Assembly (NCBI RefSeq): GCF_006345805.1
Contig: NC_043008.1
Span: 18,848,001 to 18,912,000, forward strand
Length of the DNA stretch: 64,000 bases
Source: Octopus sinensis
Taxonomy: Eukaryota
Reading direction: 5' to 3'
Position numbers and translations under genes: made by a program
The notes under the pieces: model-generated
The model's input: only the letters and a program-made list of their open reading frames with translations
Databases searched by the model: none
What the model was told of the DNA's origin: nothing
Part shown: one piece after another, positions 28,768 to 42,724 of the stretch
How positions within the stretch are numbered: the first letter of the stretch is position 1
Layout: every line of letters starts with the position of its first letter

Positions 28768-29387
28768 ATTATATAATTAGGGCTTAGTAAAATAAATTAC
28801 TTTGCCACATACTGAACTTAGTAGAAATAGCAGCCAAAAAAAATTTTGTTAGCATTTCTACTACTTAAAGAAAAATATAATATTTGCTAGATAGACCACG
28901 TGGGTGGAATGGGGAGTGCAGAATTTTACGCCTGCGCATTTTGAATTTGTTGACACTGTTAGTTGGAATGGTTCATCTGAAGCGACAAGTCGCTGATAGG
29001 TAAAGTTCCTTCTTTTTAGTGTTTCCAAATCCAAATTAAGAAATTTTGAGCTGACGAAAGAAATGCTGATTTTATTTGGCTAATCTTGAACGTTGACGTA
29101 CTCAAACGATCTATGTACTTGTGATATTTTTCTGTATTTAACCCCCAAACCTTCGTGAGCTGTCTAGAGTAAACATTATCTGAGAGAAATTTTCTTTAAG
29201 TAGTAGAAATGCTAAGAAAATTTTTTTTGGCTGCTATTTCTACTAAGTTCAGTATGTGGCAAAGTAATTTATTTTACTAAGCCCTAATTATATAATGTAA
29301 TATCTTGAATTCGCATTAAATGGTCCTTTTACATACTGAACACTTGGTGAAATTGATTAATTAATTAATTTTACCCTCAATTGTTGA

Positions 29388-29390
<3 letters not shown>
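28768..29390. mobile_element. fold-back element in (TA)n with 107-bp inverted repeats
   Basis: 28768-28874 is the reverse complement of 29190-29296 with one mismatch; about 90 bp of extra sequence follows the right arm. Confidence 0.8.
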
Positions 29391-29435
<45 letters not shown>

Positions 29436-30979
29436 ATATGTTATGACATATGTGTGTGTGTGTATGTGTGTGTTGTGTGTGTGTGTACTAAGGGATGGTG
29501 CAGGACAACGAGGTACATTGGGAGACAGCCTGTAGCATAGGAGAGAGTACAACTGTGCACTGGCGGAAACTCAAAGGGAGAAAAGCTTGTCAGTGGTATA
29601 CCCACACGCTAAACTAGAACAGGAGAGCTAGAACAGGTAGATAACAGATGTTAGGATCTTATCGACACAATAGAGATGACACTCAAATAGGTTTTGGAAG
29701 CCACACACATAATAGGAAATCGACAGAGCTTCTACAGTGAACGTGAATCAAGTTCTAACACCCCTCACTCCATCCTGTACCACGACCTGACGACTCAAGA
29801 CAGAATAGGAAAAATAGTTAGGGATACAAACAACGTAATATACAAACTCGTATACACGCACACAAGACACACATATATATGCCAAATATTTAGACACACA
29901 CACAGATACATACGCAAGCGCATGCGCAGATAGCAATACTTACCACAGAAAGACAAAATCGAATAGATAGGATAATACTAGGGAGAAGGGAAGATACGAG
30001 GAACAGATAGTCATTGAAAAGTTCATAGAATGAGTGACGAAATAACTCTAATAAATAAACTGATAGTAATAATAAAGCTAAAGTAAATATCAAATAAACA
30101 GCGCTTGTGTTTATTGGCAAAATGACCATCCCCAACTATAACAATACCTGCTTCAAGACACGATTTCACATCAAGAATCTTGAGGAACAAATCCACACAC
30201 CTATATATAGATGTATACATATTTATTCTTAATGTATGTGTGGATGTACATGTCTATAAATATATATATATAAATGGTGTTGTACTAAATATGTACATGC
30301 GTGTATGTTTGTTTGTGATGTGTTTGTGTGTGAACCTGTGTGTGTGCGGTGTGTGTACATTTAGCAAAAATCTATAATGTTTGAAGACGATTTCAGATTA
30401 TACTGATCGAAATGCAATTAGAAATAAAATTACCAGTACAAAAATCTTCATAGCGAGATCGATTTTTACTAATAGTCACATCATTCCACAATATTAACAT
30501 GAATTTTAGCAATAGCGTGGGAGGGTCTCATTTTCAATATTGACTTCATTTCGCTGGTCACAAAAGAATTTTAATTTAGAGGATGACACAATTAATTAAC
30601 TGTAATCTATGACTGCAGTTAATGGACGCGACAGAGATAAAAGTGAATTAGACGCAGTGAAAATTTGAACTCACTTCATCAAAGAAGAAAGTTGCATGTG
30701 TTTTATTTTATCGCTTTTCTTGAACAATAGCGTCTCTGCGTAAAGATTTCCAAGAGGACATTGTTGGTGCACTGCATATGCAAGATGGCTTGACGAAGAA
30801 TTTCTTTGAAGCATAAGCCACAAGTATTATTTGTTTGTGTGGGGGGGGAGGGGGTTCTGGGGTTTTTTTTCTTTTCGTTCACATGCGCACGCAAACACAC
30901 AGACACGCACGCACGCAGTCACACACAGAGACCACGCATATCCGTATACATAATCACACACACACACACACACATGTTG

Positions 30980-31140
30980 GTTTTAAATTTTGAAACAACT
31001 GATACTTATTTCATCGATCCCGAAAAGATGGACTACAAGTTGGACCTACACGGAATTTGAACTCACGATGCAAAAACACACGGAAAACCGCTAAGCATTT
31101 TACCCGACAAGATAACGATTCTGCCAACTTGCCGACTTAC
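30980..31140 (-). mobile_element. degenerate SINE family A (also 32660-32820 on minus, 34218-34520 and 58420-58600 on plus)
   Basis: GGAATTTGAACTC B-box complement and family body. Confidence 0.75.
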
Positions 31141-31180
31141 AAACACAAACATTTACACACATTCACACACACGTATATAG

Positions 31181-31211
<31 letters not shown>

Positions 31212-31719
31212 TATATATGTATGTGTATATATATAATTTAAAAATAAGATAAAATCGTTATAAGAATTTATCAAGTAGTTAGCGTGAAAACCCCATAAGA
31301 GAAAAATCCACCAGTTTTTCTCTTAAATATATTTATTCATATTATATAGAGGGCATTATTATACATAAATGCCACACGCTAGGAGGGGTCCTTAAAGTTA
31401 AAACTACCCAGCTATTTTGGTGTATATATATATATACAATCATACATACATACATACATACATACATACATAAATACATTATTTTTATTATCAGTCGCCC
31501 GTAGATAAAAATATATCATCTTGTCATCATTTTCTCTTTGCAAAAAACGGTATCGACTGGGTGGAAGAAGAAATTGTATCGGTTGATTGCAAGTGCTCAC
31601 TGATCAGTGTTTTTTTATTTTTTATTTTTAAATTTTTTGAGAGATTTCCTTCTCCTAGATGGATTATCTTCACTACACCTGACATTGACTATATTTCACT
31701 ACACCCTCTAACATTGACT

Positions 31720-31856
31720 ATATTTGACGGCCGCTGACTCTTCCGAGTCATTCCGTGCTTTGGCGGGTCTTGTTTTTCATCCTGCAGTGTGTCCCAAATT
31801 CACCTTCCTCACCAAGCGGGTTTGGTGGCGGTTCCGGTTCAGTCGCCGACCAACCA
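31720..31856 (-). mobile_element. possible RTE-type LINE 5' fragment
   Basis: TATTTGACGGCCGCTG...GCTTTGGCGGGTCTTG...ACCAAGCGGGTTTGGTGG resembles RTE 5' regions from memory; unverified. Confidence 0.35.
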
Positions 31857-32842
31857 GTAAGTTGCACTGGGTTACATCTTACCTGTAGTGAAAGAGACTG
31901 CATCAAATGCGAGTGTTTTCAACTCCTAGCAACTTAATTATAACTTCTGGTAAGAATCTCAGTGGTGTTTCAGCATTAAAAAAATATTGTCCAAATGTTT
32001 TTTTTTCCTCCTTTTTCTTTCCCCGTCATCTACGAAAATTTTGCAGCGAACGCAATAAATTAAAGCCATATACACAATATCAGGTAAATAAGAAGGACGA
32101 GATAACACTTCTTATGAAAACACTAATAATTTTTATTGAATAACTAAATATGAAATATGAGAACCAGCGATATTTGGAGGAAAATAACATATTCTCTCTT
32201 TGCTAAAGCTGGACAATTTTTTTTCAATTATGAGCAGTATATCTCGATATTTGTGATTTGGTTTTGTGGTAAGAACTTGGCAGTATGCCTTTCCCATCAG
32301 TCTAGATATAACATCATTTTCCGGAGATTAAAAAAAAATGATTTAGATGGGATTTGACTTGTTTCGTCTTTTTTACTCCATGATTTATCCTGTATACTGT
32401 TGTTATACTCGTGCGATTCCCCTGTAAAGTAATATATAACAAAGAGCTTGTCTCTTTGATTGTTATGCCAAGACAGCTTGGAAGTAAGAGGCTTAGCACA
32501 ACAAAGAAAATGTGAATGCGTGAAAATTAAAATGACAAACAAAATGAACGGGGAAAGGATTATCATATTGCTCTGTGTGGTAAACAGTGAAATATGCGAG
32601 CGAGAAGTAAGACCTCGTTGTTTTACCACGAATAATGTGAGAAAAGAACTTCTAATTCTGTCTATTATACGCACAACGCCTGAAAGTTTTGGGTGAGGAG
32701 GAGAGTCGATTACATTAACCCCAGTACACAACTGGTATCTATTTTATCCACCTCGAAATGATGAAAGGCGGAATTTGAACTCGTCCCGCACGATAACGAT
32801 TCCAACAGCTCGCCACCTTAACTTCTGAAATAATAATGATGG

Positions 32843-33002
32843 CGTTGGAGTGGCTGTGTGGTAAGTAGTTGGCTTACGAACTACATGTTTCCGGGTTCAG
32901 TCCCACCGCGTGGCACATTGGGTAAGTGTCTTCTACTATAGCCTCGGTTCCGACCGAAGACTTGTGAATGGATTTGGTAGACGGAAACTGAAAGAACCGC
33001 TC

Positions 33003-33049
<47 letters not shown>

Positions 33050-33383
33050 GTGTGTGTGTGTGTGGTGTGTGTGTGTGTGTGTGGTGTCTGTGTGTCTGTG
33101 TGTGTGTATACATATATATATATATATACACATACATATATATATGTGTGTGTGTGTGTGTGTATGGTTGTGAGTCTGCGTTTGCCCCGAACATCGCTTT
33201 ACAACCGATGCTGGTATGTTTACGTCTCCGTAACTTAGCGGTTCGGCAAAAGAGACCGTTAGAATAAGTACTAGGCTTAAAAAGAATAAGTCCTGGAGTC
33301 GATTTGCTCGACTAAAGGCGATACTCCAGCATGGCCACAGTCAAATGACTGAAACAAGTAAAAGAGTAAAAGAGCAAAAGAGT
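32843..33383 (+). mobile_element. SINE family B with long internal TA/TG tract
   Basis: Head GGAGTGGCTGTGTGGTAAG to tail GTAAAAGAGTAAAAGAG. Confidence 0.92.
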
Positions 33384-34016
33384 ATCTGTTTAATATTTGA
33401 ATGCTTTGCGCATATTATTGTAATATTTTTGTTAATACGGTGTCTTTAATATTTCAATTAAACTATTATAACTATCATTAAACTGTCGGTAATATTGTCA
33501 AACACGGATTTATTGTCCTCAACCTCAAATATGCAAGAAGTGTCGAAGAGAAAATGGAGAGTGCAAATAATTTCATTATCCAACACTTCCGGTAGTTTTA
33601 ATACTTTCATTATTGAATGCCAACATTATATCGAAAGTAAATTTATGAAGCTGAATACACTTCGGAAATATTAGTTGAAATATTTTCTAAGGCATCACCT
33701 GCCGACTCATCGAATAATTCACATGGCATGAATTCAGGACTAACCCGTTTCCTGAAATTTGCCAACACTTATCCTGCCGTGCCTCTGTACACTTTCCTCT
33801 TAATGGCGCATATATTCTTCACTTGTTTGTCTTCTTGTGTGTACTGTGCAAACACATTTGGCTGCCAATGGTCCTCTTTGCGTGAACTATTACCGCTTTC
33901 TGTGCCCTCTTTTAACCTTTTCTTACAAATTGTAGCTCACCCGAGCAAAGTGTACAATCCTCCTCCTCCTAATTTTTCTCTTCCTCCTCTTCACTATCAT
34001 CATTATCTTCATTATC

Positions 34017-34069
<53 letters not shown>

Positions 34070-34114
34070 CAGCAGCAGCAGTAGTGGTGGTGGTGGGTGG
34101 TGGCGGTGGTGGTT

Positions 34115-34151
<37 letters not shown>

Positions 34152-34205
34152 CAGCAGCAGCTGTAGTGGTGGTGGTGGTGGTGGTGGTGGTGGTGGTGTA
34201 GTAGC
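34017..34205. repeat. (TAG)n/(CAG)n/(TGG)n trinucleotide repeat
   Basis: Direct inspection. Confidence 0.95.
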
Positions 34206-35375
34206 AACATTATTAGAACGGTGAGCTTGCAGAATTGTTACCTTAGCTGCATTTTCGTCCGTATTTACATTCTGAGTTTAAATTCCACCGGCGTTAACTT
34301 TGCCTTTCATCCTTTCGGGGTTCTTGATAAAATAGATACCAATCGAGCACTGGAGGAGGTCGATGTAATCGATTTACTCCCCCACCCCGACCTTGCTGGC
34401 CTTGTGCAAAAACTTGAAATACTAATCTTGTTGCTATTAAGACGGTGAGGTGGCCGAATCTTTACCAATCCGGAGAACATGATTAGCGGTATTTCTGTCG
34501 ATTATTCGCTTTCTGAGTTTAAGATCTTGTACTTATTTCTTTATTGCCTAGTCATTATGAAATCAAATTTAATGTATCTTAAAGGAAAGCTCATTTGATA
34601 ATTTAATCCTTGGTACACAATTTTTGAAATGAAAGAGAAGAGAGAGTCACGATTGGTATGTCTTTGGATAATAGATCTAGTTAATTAATTATAGACCTGG
34701 GAGACTAAGCAACACAACATAAGCATTAAATCCTTACAACTCCACTACAAAACGCCATCATTGACCTCTGTTTACTAAGATCTGAAAATGTCCCTCATTA
34801 CTGCACTAATTACTCTCGGAGGAAATTAGGCCGTGGAATCGAGGGTGTTATGAACATATATTCGTTGTAAAGAAATTGTTTTCCTGTAAAGAAACACAAC
34901 AGAGATTAGCATTTTCATGTTCGAATCTGCCCAGAACGTATTAGGATTAAATACGCCAATCATCGTTTTGACTCTCGTTGTTCAACGTGCATATGACGAT
35001 CTATTAGCATGTAATTATATTCTACATCCTACCTTAGCTGTCCAACCAAGAGAAGGCATAATCTTTGAAGAAGTATCATTATAATCACATTGGGTGATTA
35101 TCGTAGCCATGAAAAGCGTGCTTTAATGTTCTAACATGGAAATACAAAGAGAGTATATTATATTTACTTTATTATGTTTCTCATTAATAATTAAACAAAG
35201 GCATTTTGGCATACCGGTGTGGGTATAGTATTTTTTTTTCTTTTGCTTATATCTTTCTTTTTATTTTCTGACAATATTTGACGAGAAAATTACGAAGATA
35301 TATTTTTTTCTAAATATATTGAATCATGTTATAAGATCTAGTAAATTCTTTTAAACATGCATATGTATATATACA

Positions 35376-35425
<50 letters not shown>

Positions 35426-35477
35426 GATATATATATATATATATATAGATACAAACATACATACATAAACATACATA

Positions 35478-35517
<40 letters not shown>

Positions 35518-35565
35518 TGTATGTATAATATGTATATATATATATATATTATATTATATATTATA

Positions 35566-35616
<51 letters not shown>

Positions 35617-36269
35617 GTATATATATATATTATTATATTCGTGAATAATGTGTTGCGTTATATTTACGTAATTTTCGGCGATGTATGAATATATAATATC
35701 TATAGATAACTGTATATCTCAATAAAGTTTTACTTCAAATAATAAGAACAAAATGAAATACCCAACACTCTCTGATTATATTTAATGATAAAAACGTATT
35801 AAGTAAGTCGAAATTTTCCATTATTTAAAACATGATAGGGAAAATATAAGAAAGGGAACGTTTATAAAAAAAACATATACACGCATACTTCGAAATTCGA
35901 TTATTTAGAATCTTAGGGAATGAAGATACCTTTAAAATAAATGAAAACTAAAAATATCCTAAGGGCAAACTATCAAATCACAAAGAAAATAGAATGAAGA
36001 TGTTACGCATTAAATATAAAGAAAATTAGAAAGTTGGTGATGGGTTAGCATCGTGACGGTTGGGTGAGGGATGAATTAATATCAAACGTAATAACTCTTA
36101 TCTGTCTTGTGATTCCATTCATTTCTCTTTGTTTATTATATTTATCAAAGTCATGAGTAGAGTAATTAATGACAGTTTTAATGAAATTTGATAAAGCGCC
36201 ATGAAAACTCCATCACAAGACCCTCAAGTAGTTTTTAAAACTTTGATGCTCCTATAAGCTTTATATCAT

Positions 36270-37860
<1,591 letters not shown>

Positions 37861-37865
37861 GATAT

Positions 37866-38526
37866 GTTTCTTTATTAGCCACACAGGGCTGCACACAGAT
37901 AGAACAAATTACAAGGTAGAGCTTTTCTTTTGGAGGTAAAAAAAATTAAAAAAATAAAAATTAAAAATAAAAAAAAAGGGGGTGGGGGTCGATCAAAAGG
38001 GATCGTAAAAGGAGAGAAAGAGGACAAAGAAAGGGGGGGTTAAAAAAAATGGGGAGAAGAAAAAAATTGATCAATAGGGATCGTTATCACAGAAATGTCA
38101 ATATGAAGTGTAAAGGGGAGGACAGGTGAGGTTACCCGTGGAAAGAAAGCCTACGGAAAAGACCACGGTAACCTCGGTCAATGAAGTCACATGTTATATT
38201 TCTTTTTTTTTTTTTTTGCCAAATAAGCAACTCTCTGTATAATTTTTACGGTTTATAGAATCATAGTCAAGGTGGCTTCGTCATTCATACGTGCCATCCT
38301 TGCTACATTCACCCATCTTTTTTTAAAACATTCACTAGACAAAACTTGCCTCTCTACTCTCACTTTTTTCTTCAAGTGATACTTGAAGAAGTTGATGAGA
38401 GATTGACCAGAGAGGAAAGTGTTTGTCTCTAATCCTTTCAGACGCGTCCACCAGATACATTCTGCGCCATAGCCACAAGGATGATGAAAATAGCTCTTCC
38501 TTCCCGTTTGAAGGAAGGAGGCGTGA
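37866..38526 (-). pseudogene. 5'-truncated Tx1/L1-like LINE 3' end inserted in (GATA)n
   Basis: Translates PSFKREGRAIFIILVAMA/ECIWWTRLKGLETNTFLSGQSLINFFKYHLKKKVRVERQVLSSECFKKRWVNVARMARMNDEATLTMIL* with one frameshift (stop 38253-38255); GATA repeats on both flanks. Confidence 0.8.
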
Positions 38527-38554
38527 GATAGATAGATAGATAGATAGATATAGA

Positions 38555-38675
38555 AAGCTTGTTTCCCAACAACATGGTTCCTGTTTCAGTCCTACCAGTG
38601 CATTCTAATACAGCATCGGGCCGACCAAAACCTTGCGAGTGGATTTGTTAGACGGAAACTGATAGAAACCTGTGC

Positions 38676-38706
<31 letters not shown>

Positions 38707-38958
38707 AAGTGCATGTGTGTGTGTGCATGCATGTGTGTATGTATGTGTTTGTGTGTCTGTGATTATCCATCGCTTGACAACCGATGTTGGTGAATTTATG
38801 TCCCCGCAACTTAGCGGTTCGGTAAAAGAACTGATAGAAGTAGTTCTAGGCTTACAATGAAGAAGTCCTGGGGACAATTTCTTCGACTAAATGTGATGAT
38901 CTAGCATGGCCGCAGTCAAAATGAGTGAAACAAGTAAAAGGATATAAGAAGTAAAAGA
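38555..38958 (+). mobile_element. SINE family B
   Basis: Family homology; 5'-degraded. Confidence 0.85.
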
Positions 38959-38959
38959 C

Positions 38960-39003
<44 letters not shown>

Positions 39004-39202
39004 TGTATGTGTAAATATATTACGGCCGTTTCAAGAGACTCCATTTAATTGAGCAATCAAAGCATTACTTCAATTTGAAAGACGCAGATGACCATATAGA
39101 TTTCAAACTTAATTCATGCACCATTTTTAACAATTTTACATCAAGAATAGAAACCAAAATAACTTCATTGATTCATGTTATATATACATATATATATGTA
39201 TG

Positions 39203-39273
<71 letters not shown>

Positions 39274-39331
39274 TCATACACATATATATGTATATATGTA
39301 TATATACCGACATTTATATATATATATATAT

Positions 39332-39615
39332 ATCGTGATGCATATATGCCATTTGAATATGGCTAACCCATAAGGGTGGATGCTACTGTAGTTTGTAGCC
39401 CCAGGAAGATATCTCCTCCAGCTGGCTATAGACACACTATCTACGTCCTGTCAGTATTTGTGAAGGGGAATCATCCTCCCCGTCTTCAACACATGATACA
39501 CACGTACCCGAGTTTCAAGGTGTTTACCTTTCATCAGCGTGTGACAATCATGGTTGTCGATGAGAAGTCAGATCTCTTCACAAATACATATACTTTTTCC
39601 AGTGTCGATTGAAAC
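39332..39615 (+). mobile_element. piggyBac-like MITE, left arm and core
   Basis: 39332-39520 is the reverse complement of about 42290-42478; the partner ends in CACGATGGG|TT, like a piggyBac CCC...GGG/TTAA terminus. Confidence 0.55.
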
Positions 39616-39617
39616 TG

Positions 39618-39659
<42 letters not shown>

Positions 39660-40619
39660 GAATGCATGTGTGTGTGTGTGTGTATGTGTGCATAAATAGA
39701 AATAGAGAGAGAGAGAAGATGCCAGAAGTACGAATTACTCGGGAATCGCACAAATATGGAAGTTGAGATGTATCTAAATTTCGGGCTGTAGTTTTAAGCT
39801 TCAAATTTGAAGAAATATAAGGAAGAAATGAACGGATAAATTTTCGTAGTTTATTAAACACGAAGAACAGCATGCTTCATATATGAAAACAAGTTGTTTC
39901 AGAGACGAATAACGTCAAGAATTGTACAAATCTATGAAAAAGTTTTTTGATGACATAAAACAATTGTAACAATACTTGAAATCGTTTTTAAAAGTGAACA
40001 AAGTAAAACAACGTATATTAAATATGTGAAAGCAGAAGTCAGTTTCTTCAAACCGGCCATTTATTTTTCGTTTCTTTACGAAAGAATGTCAAATAACACA
40101 ACATTGTAACAGAAAAATGCATAAACAAAAGAAAATTAGTGTTTTTGTACAAATTGCATATTTCTGTTTAATTTATTAGCGAAAGATTTACGAATAAAAT
40201 GTGAAGTAGAAAATATTAAATGAATATTTATTCGTTTATTTCAACATTTCCTGTATCATCTGCTGTACGTTTGTGCAAGGAGTACATGGCGCTGCTATGT
40301 CTTGTGAAAAAAAAAATGTCGACTAAATGCAGAAATGTTAAATTTCGGAATATTTAGGTTTCTGAGTCGCTGGCATTTCTTAATATTTAACATACTATAT
40401 TCATTGTTTGATATCATGTATCCGAGTCTCCGAGTCTATAAATGAGTAACCAATCTCCCAAACTCCCACACGCAGATACATATGTACATACATACATATA
40501 TACATACATACATACATACATACACACACAACACAACACACACACACACACAATTATATATATATATATATTATATTATATTATATATATATATATATAT
40601 ATATGATATATATATACAT

Positions 40620-41255
40620 AGGCGCAGGAGTGGCTGTGTGGCAAGTAGCTTGTTACGAATCACATGGTTCCGGGTCCAGTCCCACTGCGTGGAACCTTGG
40701 GCAAGTGTCTTCTACTATAACGGGCCGACCAAAGCCTTGTGAGTGAATTTGGTAGACGGAAACTGAAAGAGGCCCGTCGTATATATGTATATATATGCGT
40801 GTGTGTGTTTGTGTGTCTGTGTTTGTTCCCCTAGAATTGCTTGACAACCGATGCTGGTGTGTTTATGTCCCCGTTACTTAACGGTTCGGCAATAGAGACC
40901 GATAGAGAATAAGTACTGGGCTTACAAAAGAATAAGTCCCAGGGTCGAGTTGCTCGATTAAAGGCGGTGCTCCAGCATGGCCGCAGTCAAATGACTGAAA
41001 CAAGTAAAAGAGTAAAGAGTAATATATATATATAGGCGCAGGAGTGGCTGTGTGGTAAGTAGCTTGTTTACCAACCACATGGTTCCGGGTTCAGTCCCAC
41101 TGCGTGGCACCTTGGGCAAGTGTCTTCTGCTATAGCCCCAGGCCGACCAATGCCTTGTGAGTGGATTTGGTAGACGGAAACTGATTAAAGGCGGTACTCC
41201 AGCATGGCCACAGTCAAATGACTGAAACAAGTAAAAGAGTAAAAGAGTAAAGAGT
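40620..41255 (+). mobile_element. two tandem SINE family B copies; the second (41032-41255) lacks the microsatellite middle
   Basis: Second copy jumps GGAAACTGA|TTAAAGGCGG. Confidence 0.92.
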
Positions 41256-41276
41256 ATATATGTTAGAAAGAAATAT

Positions 41277-41696
41277 AAAAGTCACAGAAAGTTTGTATGA
41301 TGAGGCTTATGGTGATATTAGGATCATATTACAACATTATATCATTACAAAATAAATAAGTACCGGTTTCACGATCAAACGATTCTCAACTTATATAGAG
41401 AAAACTTTTTGGATGTCAATAGGACGCCATCTTTGAAAAAAGGGAACAGAAATGGAGCAATATGTCAAGCGGAGCAACTCTTATTTTTTCATGAAGCTCT
41501 TCAGTGTCTTTGCTTCATCTTTGTTCACTTTTGTTTAATAGATTATGTCCTATTGACATCAAAAAAGTTTTCTCTATATAATTTGAGAATCGTTTGATCG
41601 TGAAACCGGTACTTATGTAATTTGTTTTGATGTAAGGAGGTAATATGATCCTAATATCATCATAAACTTTATTATACAAAACTTTCTGTGATTTTT
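41277..41696. mobile_element. inverted pair of PLE-like pseudo-LTRs, arms about 150 bp
   Basis: 41356-41425 pairs with 41547-41616 almost perfectly; 41277-41332 pairs with 41640-41696 imperfectly. Confidence 0.75.
41356..41394 (-). ncRNA. hammerhead motif with U3-A8 covariation (second copy 41578-41616 on plus)
   Basis: AUAAG-UUGAGAA-UCGUUUGAUCGU-GAAA-CCGG-UA-CUUAU: stem I AUAAG/CUUAU, palindromic stem III ACCGGU. Confidence 0.6.
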
Positions 41697-41804
41697 ACAT
41701 GTGTATACAGAACTTTCGATTTTTCACTATATGTATGTATATATATATATATACATACATACATTATACATACATAAATACATACATTATATATATATAT
41801 ATAT

Positions 41805-41839
<35 letters not shown>

Positions 41840-41842
<3 letters not shown>

Positions 41843-42104
41843 GGTCCCGGGTTGAATCGGGGTTGACAACAGTAAATAATGTACTCAATACATAGCAGAG
41901 TAAATTAATTTATTTTATAGAAGGAGCTTCTACAGGACTAGAACTGTTTCATTCAAATGAAATCATCAGGAAGCTTCCTGATGATTTCATTTGAATGAAA
42001 CAGTTCTAGTCCTGTAGAAGCTCCTTCTATAAAATAAATTAATTTACTCTGCTATGTATTGAGTACATTATTTACTGTTGTCAACCCCGATTCAACCCGG
42101 GACC

Positions 42105-42107
<3 letters not shown>
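41840..42107. repeat. 268-bp perfect spacerless palindrome
   Basis: 134-bp arms checked base by base; centre AAG|CTT at 41973/41974; symmetry continues imperfectly into the flanking microsatellites (about 41737-42215). Confidence 0.97.
41972..42022 (+). ncRNA. type I hammerhead ribozyme motif (mirror copy on minus strand, 41925-41975)
   Basis: AGCUUC-CUGAUGA-UUUCAUUUGAAU-GAAA-CAG-UUCUAGUC-CUG-UA-GAAGCU: 6-bp stem I, intact core, stem III ACAG/CUGU, predicted cleavage after A42016. Confidence 0.82.
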
Positions 42108-42149
<42 letters not shown>

Positions 42150-42219
42150 TATATATATATATATGTATGTATTTATGTATGTATAAAAATGTATGTATGT
42201 ATATATATATATATAAAAG

Positions 42220-42481
42220 AGTTTCAGGGTATTGACCCGTCATCGGCGTGTGACAATCACAGTTGTCGATGAGAAGTAGGTTCCATTCAATACCTGAAAC
42301 TCGAGTCCGTGTGTATCATAAGTTGAAGACGGGAAGGATGGCTTCCCTTTGCAAATATTGATAGGGCACAGAAAGTGTGTCTATAGCCAGCTGGAGGAGT
42401 GTCCTCCTGGGGCTACAAACTACAGTAGCATCCACCCTTGGGGTTAGCCATATTCAAATGGCAAATATACGTCACGATGGG
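42220..42481 (+). mobile_element. piggyBac-like MITE, core and right arm
   Basis: 42220-42280 directly repeats 39510-39570; the remainder is the inverted arm. Confidence 0.55.
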
Positions 42482-42520
42482 TTGCTGCTACTGTTTATAA
42501 CTCGCTCTGAGATTTATCAT

Positions 42521-42563
<43 letters not shown>

Positions 42564-42569
<6 letters not shown>

Positions 42570-42617
42570 TGCAAAATTTCGAAATTAAAATATATACAAG
42601 AAATTGATCCCGCACAC

Positions 42618-42663
<46 letters not shown>

Positions 42664-42724
42664 TATATATTCGTGTGCGGGATCAAATTCTTGTTATATT
42701 TTAATTCGAAATTTTGCAATGTAT
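42564..42724. repeat. about 56-bp inverted repeat around a (TA)n spacer
   Basis: 42564-42620 versus 42670-42724, with few differences. Confidence 0.9.

Noticed and set aside
31789-31863. Candidate 69-nt exon (CTGCAG|...CCA|GTAAGT; CVPNSPSSPSGFGGGSGSVADQP)
   Set aside because: Splice signals look good, but there are no partner exons and the sequence resembles a retroelement 5' region; RNA-seq would be needed.
39021-39060. Minus-strand GAAACGGCCGUA next to (TA)n
   Set aside because: The stem III half fits a PLE HHR but the CUGANGA half is not recoverable; at best a decayed copy.
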